Shown here piece by piece: positions 25,860 to 36,932 of a DNA stretch of 64,000 bases. How positions within the stretch are numbered: position 1 is the first letter of the stretch; every line of letters begins with the position of its first letter. The notes below the pieces were generated by a model. The model did no database searches and had not been told where the DNA came from. It worked only from the letters and a program-made list of their open reading frames with translations. A program made the position numbers and the translations under genes. Source of the stretch: Octopus vulgaris (Eukaryota); the NCBI GenBank assembly GCA_951406725.2, contig OX597821.1:75144001-75208000 (forward strand), read 5' to 3'.

Positions 25860-26360
25860 TAAAATAACTTTATTAAGTAACTACCACAGAAGCGATGTGT
25901 TAGTTTGTCTTCTGCTTTGTCGCTTTGCCAGTCGGCATGTCTGATTGGCTGCTCGGTAAGATTTAGTGACAGTAACTAAATTAATGAAAACATACATCAT
26001 AACATTGGCTGCAATTATGAACCTGTGTGACAAACCCGATAAAACATTTTGAGCGCTTTTGTAGCCTCGTGTGATAACAATTAATTCAGCCTCTTGCTGT
26101 GCTCGGAATTATGAGACGACAAATGAAATACGACTTTGATAGCTTACGTTATTCTGCTCTGTTTTGACGGTCGGTACGCTGGAACACGGCTGGTATCGTG
26201 TAAGGGATTCTCTTCGCACTGACAGTAATAACCTGTGTATGTGACAGCAGCTGTAGAAATATTCACATTATGATCAAATCAATCCGAGTTGCTTTATGGA
26301 AGACTAAGCGGTGATAACAGATTCATTACCAGGGAAGATAATGTAGCATATCTATGTAAT
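25860..26360. promoter_or_regulatory. Repeat-free island, candidate enhancer or conserved non-coding element
   Basis: Three TGACAG sites, CTGATTGGCTG, several TAAT/ATTA cores and retained CpGs; no ORF or repeat signature. Confidence 0.3.
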
Positions 26361-26692
26361 CTGTATACGTATTCAGGTGTCTGTTGCATAAATGCAATAC
26401 AAATACATTACTGTGCATTCATTTACGGCTGGTGTAACAAGCACACACATACACACGCACGCGTGCACACATACACATGCATTTATGTATATATCTTGAT
26501 ATATACATATGTGTATGTGTGTGCGTATGGTTGTGGTTGTATGTACGTATTTATAGTGCTCACGCGTACATGTCTTGTGCCTTTATCCTTTATTACTTAA
26601 CCACATTCGACGGTAGCAGATGTCCCCGTCACTATTGAATCATTTTGTACACATACGTACATGTGCACGCATACATTCATAATACATACATA

Positions 26693-26740
<48 letters not shown>

Positions 26741-27020
26741 GTTATCTATATTCATAATTTAAATAATAAGGTAAAAAATTGATATTAATTAGATTAATAT
26801 CAATTTAAACCAGTGGCCTAGAATATTGAAAAAAATCTGAAGATTCAGAAATTTATATTACATAGATATAAGAGGAATGACCATTAGGTGGATATCCAAT
26901 ATGCTAAATGTAGACCCCATATGATCTAACCACTAAGAAAACCTGTTCTCAAGAAAATTCGGCAAACGCCAGAACGTAAAGCAAGCAAGACAAATGAAAA
27001 GATACAAAATAGAGTAATTA

Positions 27021-27086
27021 GTCACATACCTAGGTTTCATTGTTACCATTTACATTACGTAAATATCGGCAAAACATCAGTGTGAC
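27021..27086 (-). ncRNA. Type I hammerhead ribozyme with an A9-to-U core change
   Basis: GTCACA-CTGATGT-T-TTGCC gat ATTTAC gtaat GTAAAT GGTAA-CAAT-GAAAC-CTAG-GTA^-TGTGAC: 6-bp stem I, palindromic ACCTAGGT. Confidence 0.7.
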
Positions 27087-30000
27087 CGTCATAGAAAATA
27101 TAATATGCAGAACTATACACGGGACGTCCTCCCAAGAGATAGCATGCATACAGTTCTATCAATTATATTTGGCGTATATTTAAAATATTTTCGTTTTGGC
27201 GCGCAGAAAGTAATTTTTCGTATCGAAGCCTACGGATTAAAGAAAATAATAAGAGCAAAACATTGATATAAATTAGATTAATATATATATTGATTGATAG
27301 ATTGACTCATACACATATATATGTACATACATATCGATAAAGCTGCATATATGAAGCGTTCAAATGGCAGATTCTTTAGGACACTAGCTATATTACTATG
27401 TGTTAACTTCTGAGAATTAGGTTCAAATCTTGCTGAAGTCAATTTTTTATTTCATCATTCTGGGTACGATAACTAAAGTAGCGTTCCTGACCTGGTGTCA
27501 ATTTTCCTCTTACTCTTTCTCTCTCTTTCTGGTAGAAATCCGTTATGAATGTGATCATACTTGTTGAGGTACAGGCTGCGCTGGGTTTAAAACTATACAA
27601 ACGTGTATTCCATGACAAAGTGCCGGTCCACCTCTCAAGGATTGGAGAGATTCAGTCACAGCCAATCAAGGCGTAATAATTTATTATGTACTGATAGCAG
27701 AATCCTATTTTACCCATTTGAGGAATTCTTTTTTTTTTTAGAATAATAGAATTTAAAAAATGAATAGTTATATAAATAAATTATGACTAAGGGAAAAAAA
27801 GACATCAATATATAGCGAGAAAAATGAGGCGAAAATATGTTGAGCTATGGCTAGACGGGCATCGTAGAGAAAAAGAAAGACAACATTGTTTCCGAATTAA
27901 GAGATGTAGATTTAAGTTTAAGAATCGAGGGAAATATAGAATTAAAGAATTATCTTTCATAAACTTGGTCATGTAGAAATTGAATTGCAAAATCGGATAA
28001 AGAAGAGAAAGTGGAAGAATAGAAACATAAAACGAAGAGGGTAGGTTTTATAATGAATTCCGTTTTGTAAAGTATATGCACAATATAAAGGAGATATTAA
28101 TTTTTGTACGATAGTTACAGGGTATATATGAGACAAAATATATTGTTATATATAAAAATGTGGAATACGGAAATTTCGACGGAATTTTTGTGATCAGTTA
28201 AACGTAAAAAAATTTTACAAAATATGAAAATGGGGAACAATGTGTGGAAATATGTGTAGATATAAAACTAATATAGAGAATATATTTGTGTAAAGAGTAG
28301 AAACTGAATCTATCTTGGGAAGGTAGACTTTACAAATACCTAAATAAATTATATTGGTGTGGGGTGGGCGACGCCATCCGAAAGAAATAGAATGAAGTAT
28401 GGTGAAATAAATTCAAATAATTTATTCATCAAAGTAAAGAATGGTGTTAAATATGGGAAACATATGTTTTAAGGCATGAATTTTAATGAGTTAAACGTAT
28501 GAGATTAAGGGGATCGAAGATAAATTTTCTTATCTATAGCAAGATTGATTACTAGTAAAAGTAATTTATTATATGCTGCAGTTTGTAAAGCCGAGAACTG
28601 TTTTGTTATAAAGGATAAGATCTAATACTAATACGTTACTAATGCTTAAGCATGTTGTTACAGTTAAAATGTAACATTAGGCCATCATACGGTAGAATAA
28701 GTCAGTATAATTATGAGAAATGAAGGGAGGACGAAAAATTGGTGCGGACGAATGGAATAATAAGATACAAAATAACCGCAGAAAATACTCGAAGTACATG
28801 GGTAAATTTAGATTGTATACTTACATGGATATATATATATATACATTTGAAGATATGCTTACATATACTTGGATGGTTATACTTACACATATATTGATCG
28901 ACTGCCCTTATTTGTAAAGACCTTTCGCTAGTTGCACACAGATATGATGGACTGTTATTCAAGGGCAAGAATATGAACCTTCAGGTTTAAACTTGGTGCT
29001 TGGAAATAATCTGGACGTAGTATTAATTCCAACTTGATTGATAGATTCCCAAAATCAGTAAGGTAGAAGCCATCACTGATCTCATATCTTAATGGATTAT
29101 GGTTTACTGTGTACTGATATACATTCGATGGTGGCCCCGCTGCAGAAAGTCTCTCGGACCTTCATACCTTCACGCCAGCGTAACGAATGGGAAATAATCG
29201 ATCAAACACTTAATATCGAGAAAGCTGAAGACAACCATAAAGAACCACGAAACAACCTTCCGAGTCAAATAGTCAGTCAGGTCAATTTTTAGAGGGCTCA
29301 GAAAAGTTTTATTTTTTTCCAAGATAATTAACAACTAGGCAACCTGTATTTCCTCTTCTCCGTATTGCTGTGAAACATAGGTGTCATGTATGTGAAATAG
29401 TAAAACTCTGATAGCTCTTAACATTCGACGTGTCAAATATATCCTTTCATTCACTAGGCGATATGAAATTACGTCAGTGAAGATCCCCGTCAAGTTTTAT
29501 TGTATTTGCAGTAAAGACAGTAAAGACATCTATATGTAGCGTAGATAGCTGAATCCCCATCAGGGAACTAGTGGGCCAAAACCTAGCTCAAGGATCGGAA
29601 CATTATTTGAAAGTCAAGACGAAAATATTTTGAGAAGTAATATCAACCATCTGACAGTTGAAGACATCGCTAGTGGCTTTTCGGATCAATACTATCACAG
29701 TTGAAAGATATCGATGAGGAACGCACAAAGACAAGATGCATGAAAATAAGGATGCAAGCACAGTTAAAGCTAGGCCTTGCAACCTAACAGGCACAGGTTC
29801 AGTCCGCGACTAAAACTGTGTGTCATATTTTGGAACGGACACTTAAGAAAGTACCCACAAAATGACTAGGATAGCATTTGATACAATGAAAACCGTAAAC
29901 ACGACGTTTATGGGTCAGTAAATGAATAAGCTGAAAGACAAATACACAGAGACAGAAATAAAGGGAGAGGGATAGATAGAGAGAGGGAGTGGGAAAAAGG

Positions 30001-31649
30001 GTGAAAGACGGGGGAGTGAGATGGAGAGGAATAGTGAGAGAATGAGCGGATAGAGAATGCTCAGGTGCAATCTGGTTGAGTATAGTTCAAATTGAGTCCC
30101 TTATTGTGATGGCTGTCTTATTATGGCAAATGGTGACCTGACAGATTTCGTTGGGTTATTTCGCGGGACAGTTTTGACTTTTGGTTGATATAAAGTATAT
30201 ATTCATATACTTAGAAAATATAGGATCTCGTGAGTTCTAATTTGTTCTTCAGTAAAAGAACCATTACACCTTTACCAGCTGTTTCTTCTAAATTAAAGCA
30301 AAGCTGGATTAAATTTGGTTAATTCACACATTAATAACATTTCCGTATTCCAACAACGATAAGTATCTTTTTTATCTTACGATTTGAGCCTTCGCTTAAT
30401 ATCAGATGCAGAGTAAAAATATTGAGAGATATTGCTTATAATCGTGACAGACAAATCCAGTTTTGGGGCGCTTCTGTTTGTGCTAAATCAGAAACCAATT
30501 TCAATGAAACCAGGTAGAAATAGCAGCTAAATTTCACTAAACTCAAACCATACCGTCTCATAAAACGAAAAGTACATCCAACGATATAGTTTTAAGTACA
30601 CTATGACGAAAATGAGATTGTCTCTGTCGGAATGCCTGCTATTATAGAGCTGAAGACTAGGGACAAAACGACGAACAAACTGATGAGAAAGATGAAAGGT
30701 TTGCTTAATGAGAGAATGATTTTAGTCGATTACTTTACCGCTTATTCTTTTTATTTTCCAATCTTTGATGCTATTACATGACTTGGCAAACACAGGTAGT
30801 GATAGCCAGTCAACCAATTGATTTCCCATTTAAAACAAACAGCGTCTCAAAAACGTTTTGTTTGCGGCTAAACATCAGAGGTACACGAAAAAGAATTAAT
30901 CGAAATGAGTCATTCGAGAAAAAATTGTTTGAGATCAGGTTCTCCAAAACTTATTATTCTCCACCAATCATACTAAGTTCTGCGTTTAATTAGGTCATAT
31001 TTAATATTTTAGCGGGGGCGGTATTTAGAGTAGAAAGAAAAGTGCACGTTATTTTGTCCAGGGCCTCATTGATCGGTAGGGAAAAGAAAGAAAAAAATCC
31101 TGCGGCACCTTGCTTCTCACAAGATCTGAGGCGTAGAGCTAACTTTTTGCAACAGATTGAAACTTATTAAAGGTACCCGATGGCTAGATGGAGGGCAAAA
31201 ATTGTATCACTAAAAACAGATACAGCTCCTCACATCAGCTTCATTTTACACATATTCCAACCACAAAATTATTTCGAATAGTCTTGGAGAAGACAGTGAA
31301 ATATGACAACATATTTTGTCCGAGATCCTACACAGCGACAAACACACTAACAAGCGTTAGCAAAGCAAATCCTTTAAGCATGTAATCAAGCAGACGTTCA
31401 TAGCTGTTCGACGATAAGTTGCGATGATAAATTGGATCAAGTGTGAATGCATATCTTTTATAAAAATGGATTTCAATAAAAAGAAAAAAAGTATTGTTGT
31501 AGAGCGGAATATTTCGCCTATTACGTCAATGAAATTATACAAAGAAATTTCGATGAAAATATGTAATCCAGTTTGGTAGTAGTCTTTATATATTGTTATC
31601 ACTTAAGAAAAATTGTCTTTTCTTTGTTCTTAACATATTTCTCTCTATA

Positions 31650-32032
31650 TGTGGAAGCACTCCGTCGGTTACGACGACGAGGGTTCCTGTTGATCCGATC
31701 AACGGAACAGCCTGCTCGTGAAATTAACGTGTAAGTGGCTGAGCACTCCACAGACCCGTGTACCCTTAACGTAGTTCACGGGGATATTCAGCGTGACACA
31801 GAGAGTGACAAGGCCGGCCCTTGGAAATACAGATACAACAGAAACAGGAAGTAAGAGTGAGAGAAAGTTGTGGTGAAAGAGTACAGCGGGGATCACCACC
31901 ATCCCTGCCGGAGCCTCGTGGAGCTTTAGGTGTTTCGCTCAATAAACACTCACAACGCCCGGTCTGGAAATCGAAACCGCGAGTCCTACGACCGCGAGTC
32001 CGCTGCCCTAACCACTGGGCCATTGCGCCTCC
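31650..32032 (-). mobile_element. SINE family C, full length
   Basis: tRNA-like head with A box TGGCCCAGTGG and B-box-like GGTTTCGATTTCC; tail CGTAACCGACGGAGTGCTTCCAC. Confidence 0.85.
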
Positions 32033-32309
32033 TCTCTCTATATATAAGTGTACACACACACGCACTTACGCACTCACACACACATACGTACAAACAAATT
32101 TTGTTGAATCAGCAAGTGTATCCGAAAGTGTATCTCCCCACTCGATTCTCCCACCAGCATGATCTTCAGAGGATATATATCGATGCACAATCCGTGTTAA
32201 CTGTCTGAAGAAAGAGTACTCAATACGGAATGAGAGAATAATAATATTATTTTACTTTGGGTGACAACAATCCTTCTACTTTGGAATTTTAGGTCTTGAG
32301 GAATTTATT

Positions 32310-32906
32310 CTTTTCTACTCAAGCTATAAGGCGCGAAATTTTTGTAGAAGGGGCCAGTCGATTAGATCGGCCTCAGTACGCAACTGGAACTTAATTTGTC
32401 GACCCCGAAGGAATGAGAGGCAATGTCGACCTCAGCGGATTTTGAACTCAGAGCATAAGGACAGACGAAATATCGCTAAGCATTTCCTCCGGCGTGCTAA
32501 CATTTCTGCTAGCTCGCTCCTTATAAACGAAAGATTATTTTGTACTCTAGGCACAAGGCCCGAAATTTTGAGGGGCAGCCGATTAGATCAACACCAATAC
32601 ACAACTGGTACTTAATTTACCGGCCCCGAAAGGATGAAAGACGAAGTCGACCTCGGTAGAATTTGAACGTGAAGACAGAAGAAATAACTATTTCTTTACT
32701 ACCCACAAGGGGACAAACAAGGACAGACAAACGGATTAAGTCGATTATATCGACTCCAGTGCGTAATTGGTACTTATTTAATCGACCCCGAAAGGATGAA
32801 AGGCAAAGTCGACCTCGGCTGAATTTGAACTCAGAACATAGAGACAGACGAAATGCCGCTAAGCATTTTGCCCGGCGTGCTAACGTTTCTGCCAGCTCGC
32901 CACCTT
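32310..32906 (-). mobile_element. SINE A monomer (32310-32522) plus dimer (32535-32906)
   Basis: Head, core, tail-1 and tail-2 motifs. Confidence 0.9.
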
Positions 32907-33008
32907 AGCAAGAGAGAAAAATCTAACGACTAAATGAAAGTCTTAAACGTTGTAATGCATAGAAGGATTCTTGCTTCGTAGTCAGCCCTGACAATTGTAT
33001 TTATTTTC

Positions 33009-33050
<42 letters not shown>

Positions 33051-33679
33051 AAAGAGTGTTCTGCTAATTTTTGTTCTCATTTTTCGAGGAGTAAGTGCTT
33101 AGTTAATCGAAATAGAACAAATGAAAGTTAGGCTATCGCTGCATTTGTAAGTATAAAGTCAAGACTTGCAGGACGTTTATTAGACAATTTTCGAAATATG
33201 AACAAAATAGAAATACTGTTTGGACTAATGTTAACGAAATATTCTTGGTATTACTAGTTCTGTTAATAATGGTAACATAGTGTAGCAGAAGCAACAACAA
33301 AAAGCTAGAATGCAACAACAAAGTATTTGTAACAACTACAAGGGTAAGCTCGTCAATGAGATGTAGAATGATGGTAAAGACAAATGTGGGAGGTGCTGGG
33401 AGTAGGTTCTGGACAGTCGGGGGGGGGGAGGTAGAGTTAATATTGTTGATGGTGGAAAGAAAAGAACGTGATGGGGGCGGGATGGTGCGTGTTGGGGAGC
33501 CAGAAGTGTGAATTCAGTTTGGTGACAGTGATTGTGTATATGATGGATAGTCTGAGGACCGGCGTGTACCACGAACGCCGACCTCGGATCAATGCAGGAA
33601 GACGCGGATTAAGTGTTTAATTGGCCTGAGACGGTCTCCTTCGACCGATGGGACTAACAGCGTCCGCGTGTAGACAGTT

Positions 33680-33822
33680 GAAAGAGAAAGGAGAGAGGGA
33701 GAGGGAAAGAGTTAAATGAGATAGAGTAGCAGAGAAGGAGTGAGGAAGAGTGAATGGGAGAGAGAAAGAGAGAACAAGAGATAAAGGGATAGTAAAGGGG
33801 TGCTTCCTGGATAAACATCGAG

Positions 33823-33863
<41 letters not shown>

Positions 33864-34358
33864 GAAGAGAGAGAGGGTCGGAGAATGAAATACAATAGAA
33901 GTCAACGAAGATGTGAACGAGTGTATGAATGAATGAATGAGAGAAATAAAGAAAAAAATGAGGGATAAAAGAGAAAAGAACAAAGTGAAAGTTATAAAAT
34001 ATGTCAGTAGGGTGGGGGTAGATTATATTTCTGAAGTGAGAAAGGAAAGAGTATAAGGTAGAGAGGAGGAGGGAAGGGAGACAAGAAAATTGTGATAAAA
34101 AGGGGATAAATTTGATAGTAAAGAGAGAGGGAGAGAGAGGGGGGAGAGGAAGGAGATATAAGAGAAATAGTAAAAATAGAGCGTGTGGAAGGAAGAGAGG
34201 AATGATGGGGAGCGAGTGAAGAAAACACGAAATGGTGAAGAGTGATAGAGAGAGAGGGAGAGAAAGGAAGGGATAGGGAGGAGAAGAAATAGAAAAAGAT
34301 AGACAGATGGATGGATGGATGGTCGAAAGACTGCGGATAAGAGAGAGGAGGAGTAAAA

Positions 34359-34409
<51 letters not shown>

Positions 34410-34687
34410 GTGTGTGTGTTTATAAGGAAAGAAGGGAAAAGTTGTACGAAGTGGGTAATAGGGATATCGAACATATGCGAAGGAGATGAGAGTGGCTATG
34501 AATGTGTGTGTGTTTGTATGTGTGTGTGTGTGTGTATGTGTGTGTGTGTGTGTGTCTGTGTCTGTGTGTGTGTGTACAAGTGTGAAATATGTTGTCTTAA
34601 GATTGTAGGACGTGTTTATGTATGTATAGCAGAGACAGAAAGGTGGAGATAGTGTGTATAAGAGAGAAAGAGAAGGTAATTGTGTAT

Positions 34688-34724
<37 letters not shown>

Positions 34725-34830
34725 AAGACGGTAGAATAGAAAGAGAAAAAGGGAGAGAAAGAATTAAAGAAAGTGAAACATAAAAGGAGAGAGAAAGAGA
34801 AGAGTGGTTTAAGACAGAGAGGAACGTGGG
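33680..34830. repeat. Long polypurine (GA-rich) low-complexity tract with (GA)n and (GT)n
   Basis: Direct inspection. Confidence 0.9.
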
Positions 34831-34854
34831 TTCATAAGAGTGTACGCCTATGGT

Positions 34855-34896
<42 letters not shown>

Positions 34897-35004
34897 CCAA
34901 TCTACAGTGCAGAAGGCTAGCCACTGGATTTGGTTAAAAAGAGACGATGAGCGATGGCTAGAAGGATATTGAGTTTCACTTCATAACCAGCTGATCTAGC
35001 AAGC

Positions 35005-35130
35005 GGGGCCTCATATCAGTGAGGGGGGGGGGGGGCGGTGCGCATTGATGCCGTCGAGAGGTAGGCCCCGAAACGGCGCGCATTCTCTCCTGATGACCCT
35101 ATACACTTGCTGGCTTCCGGTATACGGAGC
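35005..35130 (+). ncRNA. Candidate HDV-like ribozyme remnant
   Basis: P1 GGGGCCT/AGGCCCC, P3 GCC/GGT, 7-nt L3 GTCGAGA, P1.1 TC/GA. P2 and the catalytic J4/2 C were not identified. Confidence 0.4.
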
Positions 35131-35212
35131 TTTTGACTGGTAGCACTTGCGTGTGCAAGTTGTTTGCAAGACATGTATGGGAGCATGTAGCGAATAACAG
35201 AAGGGTAAATAT

Positions 35213-35999
35213 ACATTTCTGCTCTAGGCACAAGGTCCAAAATTTTGTGGGAGAGAGCCAGTTGATTAGATCGACCCCAGTACGTAACTGGTACTGAATT
35301 TATCGACCCCAAAAGGATGAAAGGCAAAGCCGACCTCGGCGGAATTTGAACTCAGAACATAATGACAGACGAAACACCGTTAAGCATTTTGCCCGGCGTG
35401 CTAACGTTTCTTATTTCTTTACTGCTCACAAGGGGCTACACACAGAGGGGACAAACAAGGACAGACAAACGGATTATGTCGATTATATCGACCCCAGTGT
35501 GTAACTGGTACTTGTTTAATCGACCCCGAAAGGATGAAGGCAAAGTCGACCTCGGCGGAATTTGAAGTCAGAACATAGCGGCAGACGAAATACCTATTTT
35601 TTTACTACCGACAAGAGGCTAAACACAGAGGGGACAGACAAACAGATTAAGTCGATTATATCGACCCTAGTGCGTAACTGGTACTTAATTTATAGACCCC
35701 GAAAGGATGAAAGGTTAAGTCGACCTCGACGGAATTTGAACTCAACGTAACGGCAGACGAAATACCTATTTCTTTATTACCCACAATGGGCTAAACATAG
35801 AGGGGACAAACAGGAACAGACATAGGTATTAAGTCGATTACATCGACCCCAGTGCGTAACTGGTACTTAATTTATCGACCCCGAAAGGATGGAAGGTAAA
35901 GTCGACCTCGGCGGAATTTGAACTCACAACGTAACGGCAGACGAAATACCGCTAAGTATTTCGCCCGGGGTGCTAACGTTTCTGCCAGTTCGCCGCCTT
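35213..35999 (-). mobile_element. SINE A tetramer with 15-bp TSD
   Basis: CAGAAGGGTAAATAT at 35198-35212 and 36000-36014 flanks head-[core-tail1]x3-core-tail2. Confidence 0.95.
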
Positions 36000-36446
36000 C
36001 AGAAGGGTAAATATTGAAAGTACAAGAGAAAGTGAAATAAGGTAAATGATCGAAATTGTTCAAAAACTTCCCAAATAAATCTCTAAGGAACATCCAACGA
36101 AATGCATTAAATATATTTTCTCTTTATTTTTCGAGGTCGATTAAAGAGGTGGGACCAACGGGCGGAGTTCTTCAATTCGTTGCTAGTTTAGTTAACGTCG
36201 GATGTCAATGATGTCTTTATTGTTGCTATCCAACTCAAGTCATCCCAAGACACATGACAACAGGGGTTGCAATCGAGAGGTTTAGCTGCCAATTCTAGGA
36301 GTCGGGTGACTACGTATAAGCTTCGTTATTGGTTTAGGCTACTGTTATAGCTTACCCTCACAGAAAAGGGAAAGTGAAATCGTTAAAGCTTCGGCCAAAA
36401 AAAAAAAAAAAGCTTACAATATTTTTCAACGTCAGCGAAAATAGTA

Positions 36447-36680
36447 TTTTATTCTTTTATTCTTTTACTTGTTTCATTCATTTGACTGCGGCCATGCTGG
36501 AGCCCCACTTTTAGTCGAACAGATCGATCCCAGGAGTTAGTCTTTGCTAGCCAAGTACTTATTCTATCGGTCTGTTTTGCCGAAACTCTAAGTTACGGGG
36601 ACGTAAACACACCAACATCGGTTGTCAAGCGATGGTGGAGCGACAAACACACACACACATGCATATATACATATACATAC

Positions 36681-36740
<60 letters not shown>

Positions 36741-36932
36741 GTAAAGAGTATATATATATATATATATATACGATGGGCTTCTTTTAGTTTCCGTCTACCA
36801 AATCCACTCACAAGGCTTAGATCGGCCCGAGGCTATAGTAGAAGACACTTGCACATGGTGCCACGCAGTAGGACTGAAGCCTTAATTATGTGGTTTGTAA
36901 GCAAGCTTCTTGCCATGCAGCCACGCCTGCGC
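36447..36932 (-). mobile_element. SINE B with expanded internal (TA)n
   Basis: Collinear with 14368-14775. Confidence 0.9.

Noticed and set aside
26297-26312. TGGAAGACTA resembling the 5' end of miR-7
   Set aside because: The match stops at 10 nt and no precursor hairpin is evident.
27800-28960. Strand-biased AT-rich block that may be a decayed retroelement
   Set aside because: No RT or endonuclease motif could be read with confidence.
31950-32032. tRNA gene
   Set aside because: A/B boxes and an anticodon-like arm are present, but there is no proper acceptor stem and the sequence continues into a SINE body. The same applies to the A, B and D heads.
35213-35999. Regularly spaced repeats suggestive of a CRISPR array
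   Set aside because: Whole ~180-bp units repeat with no unique spacers, there are no cas genes, and a TSD shows retroposition.
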